Assembly: GCF_001194135.2 (NCBI RefSeq)
Contig: NC_068985.1
Span: forward strand, 119,444,794-119,482,692
From: Octopus bimaculoides
Taxonomy: Eukaryota
Length of the DNA stretch: 37,899 bases
Direction: 5' to 3'
In this document: piece after piece, positions 11,808 to 23,925 of the stretch
How positions within the stretch are numbered: the stretch's first letter is position 1
How the letters are laid out: each line of letters opens with the position of its first letter
Notes under the pieces: model-generated
The model's database searches: none
What the model was told of the DNA's origin: nothing
What the model saw: the letters and a program-made list of their open reading frames with translations, nothing else
Program-made: the position numbers and the translations under genes

Positions 11808-12797
11808 CATATATGTATGTGTGTGTGTGCATATATATGTACATGTGTGCATGTGTGCGTGCGTCTGTATATATGTACATATGTGTATACACATTTTCCA
11901 TGAACACACTCTGCTTAATAGAGACGCACACACACACACACGTGTGTGTATACATACATACACGCACGCACGTACATACATACATACATACATACATACA
12001 TACGAACATTGAGCTGTGTCGGACGAAAGAGAAAGAAGTGTTCATTAAATGCTGTAAAGTATGTGGTTTATTGAAACTGAATTTTTATCTCGTGATTCGA
12101 GTTTCACGCTGTTGCGACAGCCAGCTGAGCATATGTAAATGTACACACACACAGACACAGACACACACATACATGTATACATGTATGTGTGTATGCATTT
12201 TTTGTATCTCTTTTTCTCTCTATATATACATACATCATACATACATACATACATACATACATACATACATACATTCTCTCTCCTGTTTCTCTCTCTTCGT
12301 TTTTCTTTGTGATTTCTTCTTTGTGATATAATCTTGGGAAGGAATATATTTGCGGCTGAAGATAGCTTTAAACCATCCTGTCTATCAATTATATACTCAT
12401 ATAATGATGCAACGACGGTTTGTGCATAAAGCTTGAAACACGTGTACCGCGGAATCCTTTGTGTTCTGATTTAATTTTACGTTTTTAATTTATATATATA
12501 TATTTCGCTTACTCATTGCGAGACTAATAGCCTGGTGTAACCTTTTCGACATACTTTCTTTTTGTAACCAGCGGTGACTTTATCACTGGTAATGCCTTCT
12601 CTGTATATTGTAAAAATGTAATTCTTTTTCCCAAATAAATTACAATTCATATTCGAGGTACTATTGGAGTGATAGGTTGTTGTTCAGCCACTCAACTAAG
12701 AGTTGAAGCAGCTAATGAAATTCATAACATGACCACTGCTTTTTTTCGGTGTCATCTCTTTTCCTTCCACACACACACACCAGAGCATGCGCGCGTT

Positions 12798-12847
<50 letters not shown>

Positions 12848-12950
12848 AGGGCAAGAGAAATAAAGAGAAAGTGAGAGAGTGAGGGCGAAAGAAAGAAAGA
12901 GAAAGCGAGAGTGAGAGAGAAAGAGAGAGAGTGAGAGAGCGAGAGTGAGG
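9935..12950. repeat. Microsatellite clusters (TCTA/TCCA/TCTG)n, (AG)n, (TA)n, (CA)n, (TACA)n around gap 11136-11726
   Basis: Direct reading. Confidence 0.9.
12350..12452 (+). ncRNA. Type I hammerhead-ribozyme-like motif with long stem II (Penelope-type terminus)
   Basis: Stem I TTGCGG/CCGCGG (4 WC + 2 GU), CTGAAGA 12356-12362, stem II AGCTTTA/TAAAGCT plus AACC/GGTT, then GAAAC-ACGT-GTA at 12435-12446. The stem II closing pair is U-U instead of G-C. Confidence 0.65.
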
Positions 12951-14179
12951 GGCTTTATGTATAAACTTTGAAATTATATGATAATTAAGAGCTCAAATAA
13001 TATTTAGTTAAACTCCAATGTGTCTTTACAATGCATTAAATTCTGATGGAAGGAACTTGCATAAAAATTTAAAGTCGGCTAAAACAATCGTTGAGAGTAA
13101 CAAATTTAAAATAATAAACAGGAAATCATAAATTTTATTTATAGTTCAAAATTTCTTTGTGTTCAACAGCTGTTTCGTTGGTATTAAACACCGTTGTTTG
13201 TATAATTACGTAATTACGATAGATAATTGTTCTTCCAAGAATTTTGATAACCAACACTTTTGAATTAATTAATTATGCATCTTAATTACATAAAATTTTA
13301 AGTAATGTTCTTACTGAGCATAATTAATTTACGAACTGTGTGAAATTACGCTTTTCTGCTTTTTTAAAAATCTTTTTCTTTCACTTTTTAAATGCATGTA
13401 TGTATACATGCATGCATGTACGAATATACATATGATATACACATGTGTGTGTGTATGTGTGTGTGTGTATGCATGTGTGTGTGTGTGTATGTGTGTTATA
13501 TATAACGCATAATCTCATATATACGTGGATGTTTAGGATGTCTAGAGGATAGGGTTTTGAGCTCACGATCATGAGATTGTAGGCTCATTCCTGGACAAAG
13601 CGGTGTGTTGCCTTTGGGCAAAGTTCTACGTTTCACGTTTCTTCAGTGAACGCAGTGGAAAAATGAATACATCACTCCTTCCAGATGTGATGTGCACGAC
13701 GTTCTGTTAGGTCAAGGCTGGGAGGGGTGTGGCAGTGACTGTATCCTACCCATAGCAACAATAACCAACCTACCCATAGCAACAATAACCAATTAAAAGA
13801 ATTAGCGAAAGTATGGGACATACAACCAAGTGATACTAGCTCGTGGGTGACAGCTATGCTTAAATATGTTTGTCGGCATCATCTAATGTGTTATTCGATT
13901 TTCAAATATAAAGGTGCAATTTTTGACTGACAGGCGGACAGACAGACACACGGAGGACAGACTGACGGGCGGGTAGGCTGGCGGACGGATAGATAAATGG
14001 ATAAATAGATAAGAAAACATATAGATAGCCAGAAAAACAGGTAGATGGACAGACAGACTCCTGCTATAGGGCGATATTCTCTTGCTTGGAGAAAGCTTCT
14101 CGTAGCTGAAGGTGCCGTGTAGTTAGTAAGCAAGCTACTTACCACACACCCACGAAGTATAATATGTACGTATATACAA

Positions 14180-14211
<32 letters not shown>

Positions 14212-14435
14212 NNNNNNNNNNNNNNNNNNNNNNNNNNNNNNNNNNNNNNNNNNNNNNNNNNNNNNNNNNNNNNNNNNNNNNNNNNNNNNNNNNNNNNNNN
14301 NNNNNNNNNNNNNNNNNNNNNNNNNNNNNNNNNNNNNCAAAAAAAAAACGAAGAACAAACACAGGAAAAAACAACAACGTGAGGACGTGGTACATGCAAA
14401 GTATTAACAGACGCTCGGAGAAGGAAAGAAATGCG

Positions 14436-14470
14436 GTTTTATGTTTCGAGCAAAGCTCTTCTTCAGAAAC
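14436..14470 (-). ncRNA. Minimal type I hammerhead-like motif in a Penelope-like terminal repeat relic (about 14340-14560)
   Basis: Minus strand: GTTT-CTGAAGA-A-GAGC-TTT-GCTC-GAAAC-ATA-AAAC. Stems I and II pair; a single G-to-A change (CpG decay) from GAAACGTA explains the mismatch. Confidence 0.6.
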
Positions 14471-14574
14471 AGGAGACGGAGGAAAGACCAAGAGAAAAGG
14501 AAGACGGAGGGAAAAAACGCCAACGATTCACATGTGGTTACATTTTGAAAATGTCTATATATATACATAACATA

Positions 14575-14755
14575 TATTGGCTTCAAATTTTGGCACAAAG
14601 TCAGCACTTTCGCGGGGAGGGTCTAAGTTGATGACAAGTGCTCAACTGGTGTTTATTTTATCGACCCCGAAACGATGAAAGGCAAAATCAACTCGGGCGG
14701 CATTTGAACTCTGAACGTAAAGTTCGAAGAAATACCGCTAAGCATTTTGTCCGGG
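14575..14755 (-). mobile_element. Family A SINE
   Basis: Same tail, body and B-box as the other copies. Confidence 0.82.
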
Positions 14756-17669
14756 AAATTTCGTAAACAAACACCCTAAATAGTTTCTGCCTCCACAAAA
14801 CAGGATGGTTAAAATCCCTAAATGCTAATAAAATTGCTAATTGAACAATGAACACTTAGACAGAAATATATAAACATATAACCATTACTCAAATACTTTT
14901 GCGAACATAGAAGCACAAGAGAAGTAAGTTTCTATACTAAGCGCTGACTAATAACCCCAACCTTGCAAATGAAAACAAAAAATACCCTAAATAACAACAA
15001 CAACAACAGCAACAAGTAATGAAATAAACAGCCAAAGCTTACCACCTACTTGCATTCTTTTGTGAAAAAAGTTGAGTCACCCAATTACTAACGGTTTAAA
15101 TACTGGACTTTGTAGGCAAAAGGATTAAATCCAGTAATGCCAAAAGCAACAAAAATACTGTCACACCTTGCGCTTACTTAACAAAAGAGAAACACTTACA
15201 GGCTTGTTTGCAAGGTTCAATCAGCTCGTGATGAAAACTTTTCCACTCGCAAGAGGACGGGTAATGACCCAGAAATTCGAGTCCGTGTGTAATCACGTAA
15301 GGCTAGAAATGGGAGCGATGACCTCGCCTCGCAAATACTAATCAGACACAGAATGTGTGTCGTTAGACAGCTGGAAGAGATGTCTTCCTGGGGCTATAAA
15401 CATCAGTAGCACTGTCCCGTACAGGACGCCACACTTGGTTGGCAATTATACGTTACGATTCCGTATTGCTACTGTTTGTATCTCGCTCAGAGATTTAATA
15501 TCGGGTATATATATATATATAATATATATTTGCATGTATGTATGTATGTATCTATCTATATTTGTATGTACCTATCTTCCTCTGTATATATATATGTGTG
15601 TATGTATGTGTGAAGACAGAGGCAGAAAGAAAGCGAAAATGAGAGGGAGAGAGAAAACAGGGAGAGAGAAGACAGGGAGAGAGAAGACAGGGAGAGATAT
15701 GAGTGGGAAAAGAGAAGTCAGAACGAATTAACTGAAGAAAAAAATACTGATTATTTAGATATGTATTAGATGAAAAAATTGAATAATAAAAAAAAATTAA
15801 GATATACAGAAAAAGTTCATTGAAAACAAACGGAAACAAAGAAAGCTAAATGAAAAATAAAAATAAATGAAAGGAAACAATTTAAACAAAAGACAGACGT
15901 CTTTTCACAATATTTTTAAAGAAGTCCTTTCTCAGATGTGGAATTAGCAATTATAGAAGAGACGAACTGGGAGAATCGTTTGAACGTTGAACAGAATGCG
16001 CTATGATAAAGACTGTTTTCTATATAAATATGTAACAAAGAAGGGTTTCTTTATGTGCTAGAAAATAATTTATTTGTTACATTAATAGGAAAAGTGTTCA
16101 TGCAATATAATTAATGAAAATATTCAGATGAAACGTGGAGAAAGTCTTTGTTAGAAACTCAACATTTGGGCTAATTTTTACATATATAATACATCTTCAG
16201 GTGCCGTGGTGTGTCTTCTTCGATCCGTCGAGGTTGAATACGCAGCTACAAAAGCTTCAATTAGGAGGATGTACACCAACTCGACCTGAGACACTCTGAA
16301 TATGGTGAGAGTGGAGAACGTCATGGTGGCAAATTTGACGGTGTTTATAAGCTGTGTTCGCGGAAAGTCTAGATGAACCACCGAACTATCACGTGAGCAA
16401 CAGTTTATTGGATAACAATTAAGCTTGCGAACATGATGGAATTGTGATTTCTATGTGGCAAAATGCGAGATAGAATCCAATGCTTTTGATTGTAGGTAGC
16501 GGACGTATAATGTGCGAAATTCCGCGTTTTATCTTTGAGTAAGGCACTCCACTTCATGTTACTGTACTTCACTCAGCTGAAAAAGAGTACAAGCAGCAGA
16601 TAGGGGAAGTTAACCCTGCAACGTTCAGGGAAAAGGCTTAAATATCACGGACACGGTGAAAGCTTGAAAGCTTGCACTTAATGGGCACTTAATCTCGAAA
16701 CTGACAGACTTTAGCTTAATGTTTACCATGTCCCAATTTAGGCGTTGTTTGAATTAACGTTATCGTGTTGACTACATTACATATGTTAGCATTTACTTCA
16801 TTCTAACCTATTTAGTCTGATCTACAATTTCTGCTAACTCATTGGCTTGTGAGCCAATCGGGCAATCTCCTCATGATTGTTTGATCTGCGAGAAATAGCC
16901 GCCAAACCACTCCAAAATACACAGAACTGTCTTAATTAAGGATATAGATATAGATAGATAGAAGGATATGTGCCCAAATACACAAATATATATGTATATG
17001 GATATATTAAACAGTCCTTTTTTAACGGAGCAATTTTTGTGTAGCTATACTCAAATTTAATGTGAGAGTGAATAACAATTGATAACCTAGTAACAATTGA
17101 ACTTAAGTCTTCAACACTGTTTAATATCGACTATATCGTTTATTCCCTAACAAGATTTACTGTCGCTTTTACCCCTTTATAAGCATTTAAACAATATTTG
17201 TAATGATTTTCGAACCCTGCACAGTTTGAATCCCGACCTCGCTTTCTCGTCCGAATTCTGCTTTCTTCATAACGTGGTTCTAGATGAGATTGTAATGTCT
17301 GGGGCGTCTCTCATCATGGATACTCTCGATTCGGTCTGAACATAGGTCAGACAACAACAACACATGCGTTATACAACTATATTTCTATAGCAGGACGCTG
17401 GTTGTTTTTTTCACGTGTCTCTGCCTTCTTCGAGCCAGCTTTGCTTTTCGCTTTTCTGGGTCGATAAATATAGTACTGAATCAGGCAATGCGAGAGATGA
17501 GCTTCACCCAAACTTAAACTGCCTGAGACAATACATGCCAAATGTATGACGTTCTCCCTGTAATTCTATCAAAAGTTGAAGGTCCTAGGAAGTATACCAT
17601 CTGTTTATTTTATTACATCTACATTATTTCTGTTTATCGATACCATACATTATTATATGTTCAAACACT

Positions 17670-17860
17670 GGTACTCCGTAAGTTACGACGCCGAGTATTC
17701 CAGTTGATCCGATCAACGGAACGGCTTGTTCGTAAAATTAATGTGCAAGCAGCTGAGCACTCCACAGACACGCGTTCTCAAGGAGATTCAGTGTCACACA
17801 GAATGTGACGAAGCCGGTCCTTTGAATTACAGGTACAACTTATTTTTGCCAGCTGAGTGG
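17670..17860 (-). mobile_element. Family C SINE-like repeat, partial
   Basis: Clearly similar to 29270-29450 (ttccagttgatccgatcNacggaac...gctgagcactccacagacacg). Confidence 0.8.
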
Positions 17861-18146
17861 TTGGTGTACAAACCATATTTTATACACCCTGTCTAGGCTC
17901 AGCTCTCTTTAATTTGCTTTTACATTTTCAGTCAAAGACAACGAACAAAGGTTGCATCCATGACCTTTGTCAGCCTCTGTGAGAAAGATAAGAAGTTATA
18001 TTAAGATCGGAGACCCAGGCTAAAGTTTTACAACAGAGTAAGCTCCACTATGTAGACCCAGGGTGCTTATGTTAAATTGGGGCTCGACGAACCCTTAGCC
18101 CCTTTACCATGGAATTATATCCTTTCTGGAATCCCCAGCCGCTTAT

Positions 18147-18203
18147 GGCATTTTAAACCTAGTGTAACCCACTTGGGCATCTTAAACCTAGTGTAACCCA
18201 CTT
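18147..18203 (+). repeat. 29-bp tandem duplication
   Basis: ggcat(t/c)ttaaacctagtgtaacccactt twice. Confidence 0.9.
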
Positions 18204-19584
18204 CTTTACTGATTTGAAATCAAGTAAGTTTTTTCAAAGGGAAGGAGAGAAAGTGAGGCTGAGAGAGAAGAACTGAATCAAGCATTGTTATTTTATTTAT
18301 CGACCCTGTAAAGATTGCAAGGCAAAACTAACCTCGGCGCAAATCGAACTTCGTACGCTGAAAGAGGGAAAGAATATTGCAACACTATCCAATACCACAG
18401 TTAGAGCTTATTAAACCGAGTAGATTAGAACAATGTAAAAGGAAGGAACTTACTTAAGAACATAACGCACCACCGGTCCAGGAATTGAACCTACGACTTT
18501 ATAATCATGAGATGAATATCCTAACCACAATGCCACGAGCTTTCACTTGTTCAGTTCTTATGCGTTAAATATAAATGAAATATTATAATTAAGAAATATA
18601 TGCTATAATTAAAACGAAACAAATTACCGTGTTAGGCCAACGAGGACATCTTTATTGATAGCCACATCTTTGACGACATATCGATTATGATATATCGATT
18701 AACTTTCAAATCAGAATTAGTCTTTGCTAGTGATATGTAATATGCCATTGCAACCTGATTGTAAAATTGAAAATTGGTTTAGATGCTTTCCTTGTTGCTT
18801 TTTTGGTTGGTTTGTAAGTAAACATCGTTGATTAAAGTTTGTTTCACTTGAATACTTCATGTTAATATTATTATCATTACAAGAGGAAAGAACTGAAGAA
18901 ACACAAATAGGGAATTATAGGTGGCGACACCAATCGAAGAGTTAATCCAGAGAGAAATGTCTCAAGTGGTAAATTTTTTTTCTAGGAGATTACTTTATAA
19001 ATACATTTTTTTTTAACAGTTGAAGTTTTTTCGTTTATATACTTGAATATGTTTGTTTGTTTTGTTTGTCTTAGTGTTTCTTAAATTAATGTTTTTATCT
19101 TTCTATTGTATAAAAATATTTTCTATGTCTCTCTCTTTCACGTTTTCTAACTTAATATTATTCAATTTAATCTTGGATATGTTTTGCTTTTATTTGTTTG
19201 CTATACTGCTTTGTTTCTTTAGTTAGTGTTTCTATTTTTTTACCCTTAAAATTTGTAAGTAAATGAATTTATGAATATATAAAGAGTTTCTGTATTTTTG
19301 CTACTTTTCCTAAACAGCTTCAAATTTTTCCGCGAAATATTTTTTCTGAAATAGAATTAAATAATATTTGAAATTAAAAGTGATATATACACATATTAAA
19401 GAAAAAAAAAAGGAACTATGTTACTATATACAAAGTGGTATAAATTATATAATATTAACATTTTCTTTTTTATGATAATGGCTTCTGATTTAGACACAAT
19501 TTTGAGAGTAGATAATGAGTCCAAATATCGACCCTGGTATTTTATTGGCACTTTATTTTATACAACAACTGAATCTCTTGCCTA

Positions 19585-20155
19585 GCACCATTAGTTTCAA
19601 GACCACCATCTCCGTGCTCTCACATGATAAGAACTTGTGGTTTTTCTGGAGGCATTGGAACTTGTAAGTTCATTCTGATTTATATCGATCATATGCTTCC
19701 CTTTATCAACTCTGCGCTGGATGTTAGCTCATATTGCAATATAAAGGTAACGAGTGCCAGTGGGTATATATCATTGTCGATATCTCCGAATGTCGCTATT
19801 GTATATCTCTACCCTAAATACTGGGGCACAAGTGTATGGGTGAAGGTGACTTTATCAACCTGTTTCTGGGATGAGTCTTTGGCCCTATAAACGACGCAGA
19901 GAGACGAACAGACCTATTTGGCGTACAATTTTCAACAGAAGTTTTCACCTTTTGACACTCGGTTCTCTCTGAGTCGTTGTTTGAAGGGCAATAGGACGCC
20001 TCTAATGATTTCTAAATGTAACACAGAAAGTAAGAGCCTTTCTCGCTGTAATACATAGTGTTAGAGCAAAAAGAGGCTATGCCGTGGAACAAGGCCTTCT
20101 CAAATGGCATTTTTCAGGGAAATTACTTGAGTCCGGAGCCTTCACCTGAATAGGT
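19585..20155 (-). pseudogene. Paralogous block copy 1; possible decayed coding sequence of unknown type
   Basis: Co-linear with 21325-21865. One minus frame runs through most of it with several stops, ending ...QVDKVTFTHTLVPQYLG*RYTIATFGDIDNDIYPLALVTFILQ. Confidence 0.4.
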
Positions 20156-20249
20156 GACTAAGCAATGTCGCGCAAAGCAATTTTGCGACATTCTAATGAA
20201 TCTTCCAATCCTTTGCTATTAATCATTATTTCTTACATAGATACATAGT

Positions 20250-20370
20250 TTGAAAATCTGGGTTGTAAGTAGTCGATTATATCGGCACCCGTGCTTGACT
20301 GGTACTTATTTTATCGACTCTCGGGAAACAAAAGGCAAAGTTGACCTTAGCGGGATATGAACTCAATAAC
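20250..20370 (-). mobile_element. Degenerate family A SINE body
   Basis: agtcgattatatcg...actggtacttattttatcgac...aaaggcaaagttgacc. Confidence 0.7.
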
Positions 20371-21324
20371 CATTTTTAAAAATTTGCCATTAAAAGCTCG
20401 TATACACAACGCAGTAGACTTTAAAAACATGGTCACTATTAAACAAACTGAGTTGGACGCAGTTTTATGAAAGCGAGATAAGGGGTAGAAGAAACAATAT
20501 ACAAAGCAGAGATTGACAATTTGAATAATAAAACAAAATATAATTTAAATTAAGAGAAACATAGAAGACATTAAGAGTTACCTGGCTCCATATGAGTGAG
20601 AACTCACTCGATTGACTGGAGCAGAGCACCTGACAACTATACCCTTCTGCTATTCAGTATACTCAGTTCTGGCGTATCCGAAAGCACCCGTTGGTATTTT
20701 TAATGAGTTATGAGGGTTTTTAAAGTCCCAACGTATTCGAGTTCAGTTTCTTTCAAATTCCCATGATACCATAACATGCTAATGATCATTTTACTAATAG
20801 TCTATTTTTCACAAGTTTAATATTAACATATCCAACTAAATTCTCTTCCGCGAATAATTTTGATATGAACTTCGTTTCTCCCACTACAGTGTGTTCATTT
20901 CCTGTGTTATCTAGCTGGACTACTGTGGGCTACATGACATTATCCTGAGTTGATGCGGGTCTCTGTATACTTTTTGTCGTCTTTTGTTAAAATGATTCTC
21001 AGTTTTTTGGTTTTATTTTCTTTCACCTCTCAGTAGTGTTTGTTTTTTCGTCATCTTCAATCTACATTACATAGTAAAAAGATGGCGCTACTGGTTGCTA
21101 CAATTGCGGAATAAAGAGCCTGATCTAATTTCCAAGAGTGAATACAGCTCATTTCTCTCACCATCTCAATAATGTCTGGAACCATGAAATTCAAAATGCA
21201 TTTTGAATTTGTCACTATTGTTCTCTTCCACCTTTACATTTCCTTTGCTTTAAAAACTCTCTAGGGAAAAAGCACTCAAAAATGAATGTTTACTATCACA
21301 GATATAACAATTGAATCATTTGCC

Positions 21325-21865
21325 CTCCACCGTTAATCTCAAGCCCATCATCTCCGTTTTCTGGAGCCGTTAGAACTTCTAAGTTCATCCTGACTCCTCT
21401 CGATCAGATGCTTCCGTTGCTCAGATTGCAATACAAAGGCGACGTGTGCCAAGGGGTATATATCGTCGATATCTCCGAATGTCGCCATTGTATGTCTCTG
21501 GCCTAAATACTGGGACACAAGTGTATGGGGGAAGATGTGCTTGGCTTTTTCAACCTGTTTCTGGGACGAGTCCTTGGCCCAAAGAACAACAGAGCAAGAC
21601 ATTTGGCACACCATTTGGCATACCATTTTCAACAGAATTTTTCGATTTTTGATACTCATGCCTCTCTGAGTCGTTGCTTGAAGGGCAGTAGAACTCCTCT
21701 ACTTATTTTTAAGCATTACATAGAAAGTAAGTGCTTTTCCCGCTGTTGTACACTGTTCGAGCAAAGAGAAGCTCTGTTCGAGCAAAGAGAAGCTATGTCG
21801 TGCAACATGGTCTTCTTGAATGGATTTTTTCAGGGAAATTCCTCATGTCCGGAGCTTCCACCTGA
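21325..21865 (-). pseudogene. Paralogous block copy 2
   Basis: Direct repeat of 19585-20155 with an internal 21-bp tandem duplication (ctgttcgagcaaagagaagct x2) and a 12-bp duplication (atttggcaNacc x2). The duplication itself is certain; coding origin is uncertain. Confidence 0.4.
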
Positions 21866-21898
21866 TTTGTCACTGACAAAGCTAATATTTGAATTTCA

Positions 21899-22345
21899 TA
21901 AGGCAGTGAGCTGGCAGAATCGGTAGCACGCCGGGAAGAATGCTTAGTGGCATTTCATCCATCCTTACGTTCTGAGTTCGAATTCCGCCGAGGCCGACTT
22001 TGCCTTTCATCCATTAGGGGGTCGAAAAAATAAGTACCAGTAGAATACTTGGGTCGATGTAATCGGCTTACTCCTCCCCAAAAATTGCTGTCCTTGTGCC
22101 AAAATCTGAAACCCATATTTTCATTTAAGACGGTAAACTGGCAGATTCGTTAGCGCGTCAGAGAAAATGCTTAGCAGCATTTGTTCTGGCTCTTTACGTT
22201 CTTAGTTTATATCCCGCCGCAGTCAGATTTGCCTTTCATCCTTTCGGGATCGATAAAGTAAAGTACCACTCAAGTACTGGGATCGATGTAATTGAGTGAC
22301 CCTCCCCCCCTACTACTAAAAATTGCTGATTTTTCTGCCAAATAG
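21899..22345 (+). mobile_element. Two tandem full-length family A SINEs (21899-22120, 22128-22345)
   Basis: Heads aaggcagtgagctggcagaatc and acggtaaactggcagattc, a B-box gagttcgaattcc in the first copy, the conserved body, and a tgtgccaaaat-type tail end. Confidence 0.88.
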
Positions 22346-22375
22346 AAAAACGATTAATAATTTTTACTAGGCGAA

Positions 22376-22410
22376 TTACACACACACACACAAACACACA
22401 CAAACACACA

Positions 22411-22449
<39 letters not shown>

Positions 22450-22453
22450 ACAT

Positions 22454-22539
<86 letters not shown>

Positions 22540-22543
22540 ACAT

Positions 22544-22590
<47 letters not shown>
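22376..22590. repeat. (CA)n microsatellite with interruptions
   Basis: Direct reading. Confidence 0.97.
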
Positions 22591-22592
<2 letters not shown>

Positions 22593-23174
22593 AGTTTCAT
22601 TGTTGTTTGTTGAATCTTTTAAAATATCCGTAGAGCGTTCATTTTCTTCTCTTTTTGCTATAAGCTCATTCTACTCCCACTGCTTATTTGTTTTGGGTAT
22701 CTATCCATTCTCTGTTCCTTCGTTTTCCTTTTGCTTGTAAACAGTAATTTTCTGTTCGCTCATCTCCTTGCGGGGAAGGTACAGCTACTTCGTTTTAAGT
22801 GGGTATTTTTTCATAGAAAAAGCAAAACAAGAACAAAAGTACCTAAAGATTCGAATCTTTGAAAATATCTGCTACAAAATATAACAGATCCCACACTGCT
22901 GGGAACTTCTTTGCTTATTGAACTTTCAATTTACGTCTGTTAAAATCCAGTCTTCAGAATTCACAAGAATCAGAGTCTGTAAGAATACATCTAGTAAATC
23001 TTTTAACCCTTATAACAATTGTTTCTCATTTAGGCAGAAGACAAGAACTTTGAGGAGTTATTCGATCACAGCGACTCCAATACTTGACCGGTGCTTTAGT
23101 TTATCGCTGATATTGATTGTTTTAATATAAAACTACGGCTTTAGAATTTACTAGAGTTTTCTCTCTTCGGTATT

Positions 23175-23215
23175 TCCTACTGAGGAAGACGAAAAAGCCC
23201 GAAACGCGTCTGGGA
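23175..23215 (+). ncRNA. Minimal type I hammerhead-like motif with degenerate stem II
   Basis: TCCTA-CTGAGGA-AGAC-GAAAAA-GCCC-GAAAC-GC-GTC-TGGGA. Stem I has 5 bp including one GU, the stem III region is the palindrome ACGCGT, the triplet is GUC, and stem II has two A-C mismatches. Confidence 0.5.
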
Positions 23216-23414
23216 GCCCACTAGGGGAAGATACTAAGCAAATAAGGTGTTTTAACAACTTTTATCGTAAGCGACAATATTTTCTCCACAGTACCTACAG
23301 TGAATTTGTCTTTAGCTGAAAGCAAAGTTAACTACAGTGGGAAAGATCTCGAACAAATACTTGAAATAATTTTGTCTAATGCTTAAACTATTTTGCCAAT
23401 ACATCGCCATTTAT

Positions 23415-23830
23415 ATTTGTTTCTAGTTTTGGTACAAGGCCTTGAATTTGAAGGGATCGGGTTAATCGATTAAGTACTTGACAGGTACTTTAATTTATCA
23501 ACTCCGGAGGGATGAAAAGTTAAGTTAACCACAGCAGGATTTGAACTCAGAATGTAAAAAGCCGGAAGAAATACTGGAAGGCATTTCCAGACGCTCTAAA
23601 GATTGTGTCACTCCATTACTCTTAAAATACAATTGTTTCTAATTTAGACACAACGCCAGCAATTTTTGAATGGAGACAGTTAATAAATAACATTAGCCCA
23701 TATAACTGACTGGTACTTTATTTTGTCGCGGGATAAAAAGTTCAAAAAGTAAATTTTGAACTCGGTGGGTTTTGAACTCAGTTAGTCGGAACGTCAGAAT
23801 AGATAAGGAAAAGCTTTTTACTCGACGCTC
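23415..23830 (-). mobile_element. Two co-oriented degenerate family A SINEs just downstream of the RING-CH ORF
   Basis: ttttggtacaagg...ggatgaaaag...ggatttgaactcagaatg (23415-23610) and tttagacacaacgccagc...actggtactttattt...ttttgaactcag (23632-23830). Confidence 0.7.
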
Positions 23831-23925
23831 TATCGAGTTCAATAATACGTTACTATATACTTATGTAAGAAATGTCTTTGACTTACCTTCATTAATAATA
23901 ATTGAAATTATGATAAAGGACCTGC

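Noticed and set aside
13621-13652. Minus-strand CTGAAGA-AACGT-GAAAC-GTA
   Set aside because: Only 5 nt lie between the core halves, so stem II cannot form; it lies in a SINE body.
13745-13792. 24-bp tandem duplication cctacccatagcaacaataaccaa
   Set aside because: Ordinary slippage duplication with no further structure.
15290-15430. CpG-richer stretch with TGACCT and CTATAAA
   Set aside because: No correctly spaced initiator and no linked gene; such short motifs are expected by chance.
21078-21090. AAGATGGCG YY1-like motif
   Set aside because: A single short match with no promoter context.
19585-21865. Idea that the duplicated blocks are decayed paralogues of the MARCH gene
   Set aside because: Only a ~15-nt AT-rich resemblance; no RING-CH cysteine pattern in any frame I translated.
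21525-21926. Plus-strand 133-aa ORF with CTLFEQREAM (DM-domain-like) and GFFQGN (RT GIFQGD-like)
   Set aside because: Cys/His spacing does not fit a DM domain, no other RT motifs are present, and the paralogous copy is not open in this frame.
22928-22961. Minus-strand AATT-CTGAAGA-CTG...CAG-ACGTA-AATT
   Set aside because: It looks like a hammerhead remnant but lacks the essential GAA, so it cannot be functional and may be chance.
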